48,757 nt of DNA. Source: Octopus sinensis. Its lineage: Eukaryota. The translations under genes were made by a program, and so were the position numbers. Below the pieces are notes generated by a model. It was not told the DNA's origin. It did not search any database and saw nothing but the letters and a program-made list of their open reading frames with translations. Location of the stretch: contig NW_021834617.1 in NCBI RefSeq assembly GCF_006345805.1, forward strand, positions 1-48,757. The letters run 5' to 3'. This document shows positions 14,558 through 26,438 of the stretch, piece after piece (the first letter of the stretch is position 1; each line of letters opens with the position of its first letter).

Positions 14558-15905
14558 TGGTTTCACATTTTGACACAAGGCCAGCACTTTTAGGATAGTT
14601 TATTACAATGACAATAGCACTTGATTGGTACTTTATTATATCAACACCAAATCAATGAAAGGCAAAATCAACTTCGGTGGGATTTGAACTCAGAAAGTAA
14701 AGGGACAGAAGAAATAATGCTAAGCATTCTGTCCAATGCACTAACAATTCTACCAACTCATCTCCTTAATAATTATAATAATTAACAACTGTAATAATAT
14801 TAAAAATAATGGTAGTGATAATTCTAATTTTGGCACAAGACCAGCAATTTTGAAGGGAGGGGCATTGCAATTACATTGATGACAGTGCTCAACTGGCACT
14901 TATTTTATCAACTCTGAAAGGATGAAAGGCAAAGCTGACCTTAACAAGACTTGAATTGAAAACATAAAGCTAGAAGAAATGCTGCTAATTATTTTGTCTG
15001 GTGTGCTGACAATTCTGCCAGCTTACAGCCTTAATAATAATAATAATAATAATAACAATAATAATGATGAACTCTCCCATCAAAGACAACACATGAATGT
15101 TCAGCTTTTACTGAACAATCAGCACAAATGATTTGTTTATAGTGATCAAATGCATGTGTTGTACATTAGCTCCCTCTCTCCATCAAATCAACGTTGTCTG
15201 AACATATGCATGGTGTTCTACATGTCAAGTGTCAAAGTGGTCAATGTGAAATGAAGTGTTTTGGTCAAGAATACAACAAACCACCTGGTCTAGGAATTGA
15301 AACCAAGTGTGAGTGCAACAACCTAACCACTAAGCCATGATAATATTAATAATAATAATGGTTTCAAATTTTTGCCACAAAGGTAGTTTGGGGGAGGGAA
15401 TTAAGTCACTTACATTGACCCCAGTGTGTAACTGATACTTATTTAATTGACCCTGAAAGGATGAAAGGCAAAGTTGACCTTGGCAGAATTTGAACTCAGA
15501 ACGTAGTGGCAGATGAAATGCTGCTAAGCATTTTGCCTGGCATGCTAAAGATTCTGCTAGCTCACTGTCTTAATAATAATAATGATGATAATAATAATAA
15601 TAATAATCCTTTCTACGGTAGGAACAAGGCCTGAAATTAGCAGGAAATGGGCAAGTTGATTTCATCAACCTTAGTACTTGACCAGTACTTATTTTATTGA
15701 CCCTGAAAGGATCTGCCTTTAATAACAATTCTAAGTTTTTGTACAGAGCCAGCATTTTAGTTGCTCAACTGGTACCTATTTTATTAATCCTCAAAGGTTG
15801 AAAGGCAAAGTCAACCTTGGTGGAATCTGAACTCAGAACATAAAACCAGAAGAAATGTTGCTAGGTATTTAGTCTGGTATGCTAAAGATTCTGGTCACCA
15901 CCTTA
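14558..15905 (-). mobile_element. Chain of about six tRNA-derived SINEs separated by (AAT)n
   Basis: Related copies at about 14558-14768, 14822-15034, 15358-15573, 15615-15720 and 15730-15905 (GAAAGGATGAAAGGCAAAG, GAATTTGAACTCAGAA = reverse B box); a different SINE at about 15070-15340. Confidence 0.8.
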
Positions 15906-16458
15906 ATAATAATGATGATGATGATAAAATAATGAAACAAAAACAAGAATAGTTATAATAATCACAAGCACATTAACAAAAAAAGTAAAAATAATAATGA
16001 TAACAACAACAAAAGAATCAAGTGCAAAACGTCAATACAACAAAAAAGAGAATATGCAAAATAGAGATAATTGGATTGGTATGTGGTTATATATAATATA
16101 GTTAATCATGATGATTCAAGAATCGAGTATTACTTAAAAAATTGTTATGGACTGAAAGATGAGAAGCTAGAAAAATCAAATTTAAAATAATGTTAAGTGT
16201 ACTAGAAAATAGTACCAATTCATAACTCTCTCATCAAAATCTACTGAAAGAGACAGAAATCATATTAAGAAGAGAAGTTATTAATAAGCATTTTAATCAA
16301 TACCTTCAACTAATGATCAGTTCATTATGCTTATTAAGTAGGTGTTGGCTATTAGTTATATCAATGGTCAATAACACCCCCATAATAGGGAGGGCAGAAT
16401 CGACAATGGATCACTGAAGTATAAATTTCACCCTTTTTAACTTTGGTTGTAGAACCTA

Positions 16459-17214
16459 TCAGGTTGAGTAAAAGGTAAGCAATGTTTTGAACTATGAAGA
16501 ATTTGTACCAGATTTTTGCATTAAAAAATTTTTTTTCTGTAACCAGACCGACCCATTTCTTGACTGTATTGGAACTTATGATGAAAAGTGGATTCTATGC
16601 AATAATAAAAAACATTCTTTGCAGTGGTTAGATCAAAATGAAGCAATTAAAACCTTCCCTAAATCCAAGATCTTCAAAAAGGTTATGGTGACTGTTTGGT
16701 CTGGACTCATCCACTACAACTTCTTAAAACCTGGAAAAACTATTACTGCAGAAACATATTGCCATGAAATTACCAAAATGAATGAAAATCTGCTACTCCG
16801 CCATCCCAGACTGGTCAACAGAAGAGGGCTAATCATTCTTCATGACAATGCTTGACCACACATTTCACTAACGACGCTCCAGAAGTTGAGGGAACTTGAC
16901 TATGAAGTTCTTCCCCACCGAACTTATTCTCCAGACCTTTCTCCTGCTGACTATCACTTTTTCAAGAACCTTGATGGTTTCCTGTGAGAGCAGGAGTTAA
17001 AAAATCAAACTGATGTTGAAAGTGCGTTTGAAGAGTTTATCAGCTCTAGAACTCCAGATTTTTAAGTTACCAGAATAAAGAAACTTGTGACTTGTTGGCA
17101 AAAATGTACCGATTGTAATGATACTTACTTTGATGAATAAAATTTCTGCATTGTTGAAATATATTGTGATGAATTTCAAGTTTCAAAACGTTGCTTACTT
17201 TTTACTCAGCCTGA
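16459..17214 (+). mobile_element. Internally deleted mariner element (Hsmar1-like catalytic domain)
   Basis: 33-bp TIRs TCAGGTTGAGTAAAAGGTAAGCAATGTTTTGAA / TTCAAAACGTTGCTTACTTTTTACTCAGCCTGA; motifs TYDEKWILC, LHDNA, YSPDLSPADYHFF; N-terminal HTH absent. Confidence 0.88.
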
Positions 17215-17674
17215 GATATAATATTTTGAAGTGTCATGAGTTTCTACAGTGCATTTACAAACCACATTTTTCATCACACATGTGAGTATAACATACAGCT
17301 TATTATTGTTGGCAATCAGCCCTGGATACACCACCACTAACTTAGGAAATGATTTTCCTAGTTCGTAGAGAAGGTATAATCTCACTAAGTCTGTTACTTG
17401 CACAGAGTCCGAAAAATCCATGGTAATAGCAAAATGAATTTTATTCAAGGATTGAATATTCACCCTGGAAGAAAATTCAGATATTTCTAGTAGTAACTAA
17501 AGCATCTATTTTCACCTAAGAGATTTTAGTAATTTTTCAAGTGAAAATAATGTCTTTATTTAAAAGGATGGGAGAGATAAATGAGTAATAGTTATGAATG
17601 TCAAACAGAAGAAATTACATTTCTTTTCATCTAACTTAATAAAACAACTAATGACATCACCAGAGTTGTCTCAG

Positions 17675-17895
17675 CCCTTTAGCATTTAAACCAGCCACAT
17701 CCTGCCCAAACTTTTCTACCTATTTTATGTTAAAACTGACCAGATCTGGCCTTTCACACCTACCTAACAATGTCATTGTAAAAATTTGCAATCACACCAG
17801 TGTAATCTCAGAATTACAAGATAATGCATGATTAATTCATATCAATGTAAATAAATAAGCATTATATTTGATAGAGTAATCTGAATGCTAAAGAG
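17675..17895. mobile_element. About 220-bp TTAA-type MITE (piggyBac-like ends)
   Basis: TIRs CCCTTTAGCATT / AATGCTAAAGAG followed by TTAA on the right; left TSD decayed. Confidence 0.7.
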
Positions 17896-18720
17896 TTAAA
17901 GGGCTAGTTTAGCATAATTCCTTGAAGACCAGTACTCTGCTTTCTTTCTTCCTACAAAAGGTAGATTCACATTGATATATATTGGTAAAATTGCTTCGAT
18001 AAGCTATCTATAATACATTAAAAATTTCAATCTTGGTTGCTTGCTTGCAATGCTACCCAGGCAAACCGGCGCATAATGGGAAAATACTATGAATTAAGTT
18101 TACGCTGAAATGTTAATAGGAACAGAATGAAACAAGTTTTGCATAAGTTGGAACAGTAGTTATTCAGATATTTGGGGTTTGGGGTAGAAATACCCAAAAC
18201 TGTGCTTAGTGTGAAAATGTTCCGAATTTAACTTTGTCCTTAAAGGGAAGAGACTCTAACCTTTTGATTAAACTGATTTGACAACAAAAAATACGATTTG
18301 TGTTTTGTACAGTAAATATATATACATACAACCCATGCTAGCATGGAGAACGGACGTTAAACGATGATGATGATGATGATGACAACCTTCGACAGAGTAA
18401 CAGTAATATATACAACTTAAACAGACACGCATATCAGTATATAAACATACGTTTACATATACACACACGCAGACACGTCTATACACTTACATATGTAAAT
18501 GCTCACATACATACACACATGCATACATACATGCGTGTATACATATATACATGCATAAGCACATGGATACATGCACACATACATAAAGGCATGCATGCAT
18601 GCATACATACGTACATACATACATAAACACATATATATATCATGAACTTCATAACCTTGGTGTGAAATACTATTTTTCTCTAGGTTTTTTTTTAGTGCAT
18701 TCAGTGTTATCTCACCGCCA

Positions 18721-18838
18721 AAGATTTGGCTGCTATTTCTAGCACATCCTGCCACTACGTTAACAGCTATTTGTGATAAAGGATCTGACATATCTGTTAC
18801 ATAGTAGCAGGGTGTGCAAGAAATAGCAGCCAAATCTT
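18721..18838. repeat. Short inverted repeat (about 45-bp arms, 27-nt loop)
   Basis: AGATTTGGCTGCTATTTCTAGCACATCCTGCCACTACGTTAACAG pairs with CTGTTACATAGTAGCAGGGTGTGCAAGAAATAGCAGCCAAATCT. Confidence 0.9.
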
Positions 18839-19077
18839 TCCTTTTCTAGGGGAAAGGAGCCGTTTACGCATGATTTCGATGTCATATTTGTTGAAAGCAT
18901 ACGAAATAACCTGGAAAAGAAAAGGCCCATGAAACAAAACTCCATTGTTAGGAAACCCAACAGGTCACTGGTAGTCTAGTATTTCAACATATTTGATGAG
19001 GCAGTTGATTATCAATATAATATATACTAATTATATATAAATATATGATGATGATGATATATATATATTTATATATA

Positions 19078-19240
19078 CACATGGCTGTGTAATTAAGAAG
19101 CTTGCTTTCCAACCATGTAGTCTTGGGTTAAGTCTCATGCATGGCACCTTGGTGGGCAAGTGTTCTCTACTATAAGCCTTAGGCAGACTAAAGCCATGTG
19201 AATGGATATGGTTGGTGGGAACTGAAAGAAGCCTGTCATA
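19078..19240 (+). mobile_element. Decayed tRNA-derived SINE
   Basis: A-box-like TGGCTGTGTAATT head, GGCACCTTGG..GGCAAGTGT core, ends GGAACTGAAAGAAGCCTGTC before (TA)n. Confidence 0.6.
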
Positions 19241-19836
19241 TTTAAATATATATATATATGTGTTTCTCCTCCATCACTGCTTGACAACCAATTTTGGTTT
19301 GTTTATGCCTGTAACTTAGTAATTTGGCAAAAGAGACCAAGTGGTAGATGGAAACTGAAACAGTGTGTATAATTTTTGACTTACTCTCGCAAAACACATG
19401 TGTGGGAGTGTATAAAATCATTGTTGCCATTCAATACCAGTTTTCCATGCTGGTAAGCTGGAGGGCAGCATCAGGCTCCAATTGTCTATTTTGGCATGGT
19501 TTTCTATAGCTGGATGCCAACCACTTTACTGAGTGCACTGGGTGGCTTTATGTGGAACCAGTGCAGGTGCTTTTTATGTGGCACCAGCACAACTGCTTTT
19601 TTTATAGCATCAGCATCAGTGGGATTGACAAGTAGCTTGCAAGACAAAGACTTCTCAGTGGAGAGAGGAAGTGGAACCAAGGGAAGTGGCTGTGTGTCAG
19701 GCAAGAGGTTAGAGTATAATAGAGGGACAGAGATAGCTGTCTTACTATAGAGTTGTCTTACTGGCTACCCCAGTAGGACAAGGAAAGAGAGGAAGGTGTT
19801 GGGGAATAAGAGGGAAAGATAGAGAGATAGTGTGTG

Positions 19837-19871
<35 letters not shown>

Positions 19872-20139
19872 GATGGTGTTGGAGATGTATTGGGGCCTAC
19901 CCACAGGGAACAGTGGGCAGTGTATAAGTGGTACAGAGGGGATAGAGGGGGATGTTCCATAAGAGTTTGAGGGGAGATGTTTAGAGATGAGAAAGACATG
20001 ACTGTAGCAAGTGATGGTGGGAGAAATTGGAGCAGCAGGAGGGGGTATGGTAGAAAACAGATTATGTGTGTGCATGTATGAGGTGGAGAGTATGGCCATA
20101 AAGGACATGCTTGTATGTATGGCTGGCCATGATTTTACT

Positions 20140-20345
20140 TAGCTTGATGTGTCTTTTCAAGCATAGCAACTCTCTGTGAGGCTCAACATCTGAAGATCAT
20201 TTCACACCACATCTTCCTGGGTCTACCTCTTCCACGGGTTCCCTCAACAATTATAAATTGGCACTTCTTAGTGTAGTTGTTCTCATACCAGTGCAGTCTT
20301 CTCTTTTCCATACTGCATCTGATGACTTGTATACCCATTCTTCTC
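20140..20345 (-). mobile_element. RTE-type LINE 3' fragment
   Basis: Reverse complement resembles 9580-9840 (GGAAGAGGTAGACCCAGGAAGA). Confidence 0.6.
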
Positions 20346-20351
20346 TTCAAT

Positions 20352-20568
20352 CATGGCTGTTGGACAATTTCTGTGACCACATCACTCCTAACATCTGACC
20401 ACCTAACTTCCCACACTGCAACCGCCTTGATTATTATGCGTGGTGCACAGTTGACTGAGAGAGGAACAGAACTCCTTGTAACATCGAAGATGAACTGAAG
20501 GCAAAGATTATGGTAGCATTCACCAACTTAAACAAGGAGACCATCCAGAAGATTCCAAAGTTGTCTGG
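20352..20568 (+). mobile_element. Tc1/mariner transposase C-terminal remnant, cut off by the hammerhead repeat
   Basis: Translates as PNI*PPNFPHCNRLDYYAW...EDELKAKIMVAFTNLNKETIQK, resembling the WPPNSPDxNPLDY...ELK motif. Confidence 0.7.
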
Positions 20569-20628
20569 TGGTTGCCGCCCGTTGACGAGGGGCAAACATC
20601 CTGAAACTAGTTCGAGCGTATCACTCAG
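20565..20628 (+). ncRNA. Type I hammerhead ribozyme variant (UUGACGA core), predicted cleavage after GUU at 20612
   Basis: Stem I CGCCCG/CGAGCG (one mismatch) extended by CTGGTGGT/ATCACTCAG; core TTGACGA; stem II GGGG/TCCT with loop CAAACA; GAAA; palindromic ACTAGT stem III. Confidence 0.7.
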
Positions 20629-20922
20629 GCTTGCGAGGAAGGGATGGCCTCCCTTTGCAAATACTCCAAAGACACAGATATTGTGTTTAGAGCCAGCTAG
20701 AGACGAAGATCTCTTGGGGCTATAAAGCTACAGTAACAACCCCCTCCCCAATGTGGTTAGCCATGATAAGATGGCTTCTATACTTTACATTATCGAGCGA
20801 TTACTGTTTCAATCTCATTCTGAGATTTAATTATGCTTACTGTTCGTTTTTCCACATCAGTGGCAGACGCCATTAGAAAAACTTATATCTATTTGCAAAG
20901 GAGCCTTCACTTTCATCGCTAC
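20565..20922 (+). repeat. 358-nt hammerhead-containing repeat monomer (unit 1)
   Basis: 20565-20789 is repeated at 26439-26628; the leading CTGGTG recurs at 20923, defining a 358-nt period. Confidence 0.8.
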
Positions 20923-21183
20923 CTGGTGTTTTTTTGAATTTTTCCTTGGCGTATACCAATATTTTTCTGTTGCTGCAAATCGTTGTGTGAGTTCAATTCC
21001 GTTTGTCTACTTTGTCGTGTTACAAGTAATATCATTGTTGAACTGTTTTTGACCCAGTAATTTTCGCCCTTCGGGGTAGAAAATTTCTGTGTGTTTTTTG
21101 TGTGAACTCTTAACCTGTATAGGTTATTTTTGAAAAAAAAAAAAAATTCTCTTGTCATTTGTGACAAGTTTGTGTTGTCTAAT

Positions 21184-22694
21184 ATGGAATTAGACTTAAG
21201 TTCAAAAAAAGACTTTCCCGAGATGGGAAAAAGTATAACAACTGTTAAACAAAAGGAAACACAGGCAAAACCCAGTTTTTCAGACGCCGTAGGTGGCGAA
21301 GTCGAAGAAATGGAGGTGTCAATGGAAAGACTATTCAAGTTCAGATCGCTGGTGCAAAAAAGTGGTGAAGAAACACGATTGGTACCGCCCCCCGAAACTA
21401 TACAAACAATAAAGGAAAAAATGGTCACCTACAGGGTGTACAATATCAAGGAAAAACGAATGACCGACGTGAAAAACGAAATGGTCGAAAAGTGTATGGC
21501 TCCAATATGGAGTAAAGTTAGTCATGTCAACCGAGGTGCAAGAAGTGTTACAGTCGAGGCGCATTTTGAGACGGCGGAAGTAGCAAGGCAAATTTCGACA
21601 CAAATGTTGAAAAACGAGAGTATAATACTGCTACCCTTATATTTAGGATGCAGAACCGCAAAAGTGACCCTAGAAGATATACCAACGGGCTACAACGTGA
21701 TGTGGGCGGCAACAGCGGTCATTTTTGATGTTGAATCAAAATTGACAATTTTGAGTATGAAGAGGAAAATTGCAAAACACTGGAGAGGCCAGCAGCTGGA
21801 GATGATAATCCAGGCGGAAAATGCGACGTTGGAAAGCCTACCAGACAGAGTCTTCGTGGGGGAGGGGCACTCCATATGTGTTTCGGTGGAAGGACGCAGG
21901 CCCAGATGTTTTAAGTGCGGGCAAAAGGGCCACGTTCGCTCCGTTTGCACAAAAAAAAATAATGCGGGCAACGCCCCCCCCACAAAACGCTGTGAAGAAC
22001 GCAGAAAGCAGCAAAGTGGAGAAAAAAAGTAACGGCTGGCGAAAACTAGGAGGAAAAAATAAACAGGTCGAACTCCAAAAAGGAGGAAGACAAGAACGAA
22101 ATGCAAAATGAGAAAGGAAAGGAGGAGGAAAATAATACAACAAAAACAAATAAACAAGAAGACATGGAATTTACGAACGTGTCCAACAAAAGGAAAAAAT
22201 CCATCACCCCTGACTCCCCACCCGTATCAAAAAAAAAAAACAACGCAGACGAACAAATTAAAAATATTCTCCAATACCACCCCAGCGGTACTACACTTAT
22301 AGGCCAGCACTTTAACAAACCCCACTCCCCAACTGTAAAAGGGTTTAAACCCAACGAAAAAATTATTGCATACACCACAAAGAACGTGAGAGTAGAAACA
22401 TGGGTGAAAGCAAGTACGCTGATCAGGTGCTACAAAGCGACCGAGAAGGAAGCGGAGTGGCGATATGGAAGGGTCGGCGAAGAAGGATGGAAAGACAAAA
22501 CCTTACAAAGCCACGTAAAAGCCGGCTTCATTAAGGATGTCACCCAGGAGGTGACAACTGGGAAATTACACGTTAGCCCGGCAGCCACACCAACCCAGAG
22601 CCTGGTGTCAACGCCGATGAAACACCCAGCAGCAACGGCGAGTGGGGGGGAGACAGGCAGAAAGAATCTGTCAGGCTCCCTCTCGCAACCGTGA
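21184..22694 (+). pseudogene. Tx1-like ORF1 (gag-like, CCHC knuckle) with one frameshift and one stop
   Basis: CFKCGQKGHVRSVC knuckle; the frame shifts at the A-run 22022-22028, has TAG at 22047-22049, then stays open to 22694. Confidence 0.8.
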
Positions 22695-22717
22695 GTAAAT
22701 AATTTTCTTTTTTCTCG

Positions 22718-25700
22718 ATGATTAAGTTAGGTTGTATAAATGTGTGTGGAATGGGATCGAAATGGAAACAGACTTGTTTTCGTGACGACCTCATTTCACA
22801 TAGAATCGATGTAGCTATTGTTACCGAGTCCAAGATGAAAGGACCCCAAGCGTTCTCACCACTTCTCAATGGTTACAAGAAATTTATTTCTCCTAGCCGG
22901 GAGGGAGGTGCAGGCGTGGCAGTTCTTTTCAGGAAGAACTTGGACTTACAGGTAAGTACTGTCTTTTTGGACCCAGAAGGTAGGCTGGTTGTCCTAGATG
23001 TGACACACGTGAGTAAGCAGTCCTTCAGGTTGGTGGCTGTCTACGCTCCTAACGGACGTGGGCAGACCGGTTTTTTTCGGGAACTGGAGCACTTTCTAGT
23101 GACGTCCAAAACGGCAGTCTTGGTAGGGGATTTCAACCCCATTCTCAATGTGCGGGTGGATGGTGTAGGCTCGAGCGATAGGAAGGGGAATCCTGGCCTC
23201 AAGGCTCTACTAGCGAGCTTTAATCTAGTAGAATGTTTTCGACTGGATGAGCCGAACGTTCCACAGTGGACGTGGAGTAATAACAACGGCTCACGCAGAT
23301 CGTACATAGATAGAGTATTTGTTAAGGAACGAGATAGGAATAGTGTTAGCTGTCCACAATTCTCTGTTGTGCCTTACACGGATCACAAACTTGTAACGTG
23401 TGAGGTACATGTAGATAAATGCCATAGACAAGGTCCCGGGTACTGGAAGATGAACAAGTCTATTTTGACCTGTGAAGCTTTCCGTACCCGGATTAAGGAA
23501 TTAGTACAGAGGGCATTATGTGGCACCATCATTAATAATAGATGGTGGCTCGCCCTCAAAAGAGCCATCCGTTTGGAGTCCATTAGATTTAGCAAGCAGC
23601 TAAGTTTAGATAGGACTAGAATAGAGGGCGAATTAGTTAAGAACTTAGACGAGGCTATGGAATCTGGCTGTGCATCCGGAGTGTTGGCAGCGAGAGCGGT
23701 ATTGTACCGTCACCTCAACGCCAAGCACGAGGGGTGTAGAGTCAGAGCTAAGTTACGTGCAGGAAAACGAGAAGGTATTAACGTTGCCGGATGGGCCCGT
23801 CGTGAGGAGAGTCAGAAGGGCAAAAAGTCTTGTATTATATCCTCAACTGACGAGCAGGACCGCAAGATCTATGGACAGGAGGAGATGCAGAAGGTCCTTC
23901 ACCAGCATTTCGCATGGCTGTTTGGGGGCGGTGGTCCGCTCGAGCGTGGGGAGACCTTAAAGGACTTCCTAGCTGGTGGGCCTCGGCTCTCGGCAGGTGA
24001 GGCGGAGTGCTGTGAAGGATCGATCTCTCCCGCAGAGGTAAGAGGGGTTATGGCTGAGTGCGTCGGGGAAAAGTCGCCGGGATTGGATGGTCTACCCTAT
24101 GAATTTTATTGTTGTATGCTGGACTTGTTTGGAGACATACTGGCAAGCGTCTATGCAAACTGGCAACAGAATGGGAGGATTCCCAGCTCTGTGAGTTGGG
24201 GAGTTGTGACGCTGGTCCAGAAAGACCCGAGCAAGGGGGACAGTATTAGTAATTACAGGCCCATAACTCTACTTAATGTAGAGTTTAAGATTTTGGCCAA
24301 GGTGTTAGCAAAAAGGTTGACGGCTGTCGTGGAGAAACTTGTCGGGAAGGCACAGACATGTGCAATCCCAGGCAGGTCGATCCAGGATAATCTTCACCTT
24401 CTCCGCTACACTATAGATAGGGTCGGGAAATTAGACGGCAAAGGAGGGGCATTGGTCCATTTAGACCAAAGTAAAGCGTTTGATAGGGTAGACCATCGGT
24501 ACTTGGCGGCGGTTCTCGAAGCGGCTGGGCTGGGCCCTGGCTTCTGCGGGTGGATCTCAGCTATGTACAGCGGCATCAAGTCCACAGTCCAGATAAACGG
24601 TTACCTAACAGAGCCGTTTTCGATCAAGCGTTCAGTTCGTCAAGGGTGCCCCTTGTCCCCGCTCCTGTATGTTTTGGCTCTTGAGCCATTGCTGCGGAAG
24701 CTGGAGAAGTTGGGAGGCAACCCTAATGAAATCGGATGCGGTAAGTCTGTTTCTGCCTATGCGGATAACGTCACCCTCATCGTGTCCAATGGAACACAGC
24801 TACCTCGGGTAGTAGGTGCTCTCCATAGATATGAAGCGGTGGCAGGGGCAAAAGTTAACAGGGACAAGTCCATCAGTTTGCGCCTCGGCACCTGGAGGAA
24901 CAAGCCGATACCGTCCAGTGTTGTTGGACACTGGACGGATGGTCCTGTTAAATTGCTCGGAGTCTGGTTTGGTCCAGACTCCCAGACGGAGAAGAATTGG
25001 AGCGAGGTAACGAGCAAGGTGGATGCCATAGTACGGAAGTGGTCCAGAAGGCATCTTTCCTTGAAAGGGAGGGCGGAGGTGGCACAGATGTTTATAGCCT
25101 CTGTCGTCACCTACCGCCTGACCGTCGTGCCTTGCCCCGATTCGTGGTTAAACAAGTTGGAATGACTCCTTTTCCGCTTTTTGTGGAAAGGAGGAAAGCC
25201 ACTTGTGAGACGCTCCGTGTGTTGCCAGGAACCTCTAAAGGGTGGACTGGGGATGCCTTGGCTAATGATGCGCAAGCATGCGTTGAGGCTGAGACACCTC
25301 TGGTGTTACCTGGAGGATGATAAGGTGTGGAGTTCGCTGGCAGAGGAATTCTTCCCGCGACCGGCCTCTATGGAGGGATTTACACCCGGTCTCATTAAAG
25401 GACGTAAACTGACTTCATGGCTGATCCACAAGATGGGTAAGGCCGGCAGCGGGAATACCACCTCGGTGTTCTATAAAGGGTTGGTAGGAGGAAAAAATGA
25501 CGATGTCCTAGGAAGGGCTCTGGGGTTCGATGAGGATCAACTCTCCAACTTGTTTAAGAAGACTTTCAGGCCGGGGTATTTGGATAATTACCAAAAATCC
25601 CTGACCTGGCAGTGCTATAGGAATGCATTACCTGTTCGCGAGAAGTTATCCAGGCACGGAATGTCAGTGCCACCGACATGTCCAAGATGTGGGTTGGACG

Positions 25701-26080
25701 ATGAAACCGTTCAACACGCTTTTGTACAATGTCGGGAGCTGTCAGGCTTGATAAGTTACGTGGAACATGTGTTGTCGCATCTGGGACGAGTACAGCTGTC
25801 GGCTGGATCTATGATTAAGATGATACCGCCAACTGGACTCTCAAAGGAAGGTAAGGCTTGTTTTTACTGTACGGTGGCAGTATTGAAAGAGTGTGTATGG
25901 AGAACTAGAGTGGAAGGTCTAGTGAAAGGGTCCTTTATCTCTGGCCCCGGTTTGTTAAAATTCTTCGGATATCATCTGAAGAGCAAGATGGGGTTGGAGA
26001 AGAGGAGCCTGCCACAGAAAGAGTATATGGAACGTTGGAAGGATGTGATGAGAAAGGTGGGTGAGAGTAACCCAGCTTAA
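22718..26080 (+). pseudogene. Tx1-like ORF2 (APE, RT, C-terminal Cys/His motif), about 1120 codons, one internal stop
   Basis: Motifs INVCG, VYAPN, GDFN, TDHK, WKMN, PGLDG, LDQSKAFDRVDH, RQGCPLSP, YADN, GGLGMP, CPRC...H...C; ORFs 22718 and 25181 share a frame, separated by TGA 25163-25165. Confidence 0.93.
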
Positions 26081-26244
26081 TCATCGAGGAAAGGAAAAAT
26101 CAGCTGCTGGGATTTATAGGCTGCCGGGTTCAAAATTGAAACTGGTACCTCCCATTACCTTTCACTGTACATAACTGTTTAAAATAAAGAATTAATAATA
26201 AAAAAAAAGAAAAGAAAACATACGCACTAAAAGTTATCGTGATA

Positions 26245-26300
26245 AAGGCAAAAGTAAGCCAAGGTTTCGTTTCAAGGCAAAGTAAGCCAAGTTTTCGTTC
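26245..26300 (+). repeat. Two tandem copies of about 28 nt in the LINE 3' region
   Basis: AAGGCAAAAGTAAGCCAAGGTTTCGTTTC followed by AAGGCAAAGTAAGCCAAGTTTTCGTTC. Confidence 0.85.
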
Positions 26301-26438
26301 AAATTACATAAAATTTTAATTTTGTAATTTTTATAATTTCATTCGAACTCGCATAGCATTTTTGTAATTGTTTTGTCCTGTAATGTACCCATTCTATGTT
26401 AGATCTATTGATCATAATAAAGAAAATTTCATCGCTAC

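Larger units (their letters stand above)
20929..26426 (+). mobile_element. Full-length Tx1/L1-clade non-LTR retrotransposon with an 18-bp target-site duplication
   Basis: TTTCATCGCTACCTGGTG at 20911-20928 and 26427-26444; ORF1 and ORF2 in tandem; A-rich 3' end. Confidence 0.9.

Noticed and set aside
14558-19240. tRNA genes
   Set aside because: Only decayed A/B-box heads of SINEs; no full cloverleaf
20911-20928. TSD resembling the 5' ends of U1 (ATACTTACCTGG) or U2 (ATCGCT) snRNA
   Set aside because: The match is only 6-8 nt and the flanks do not continue as snRNA
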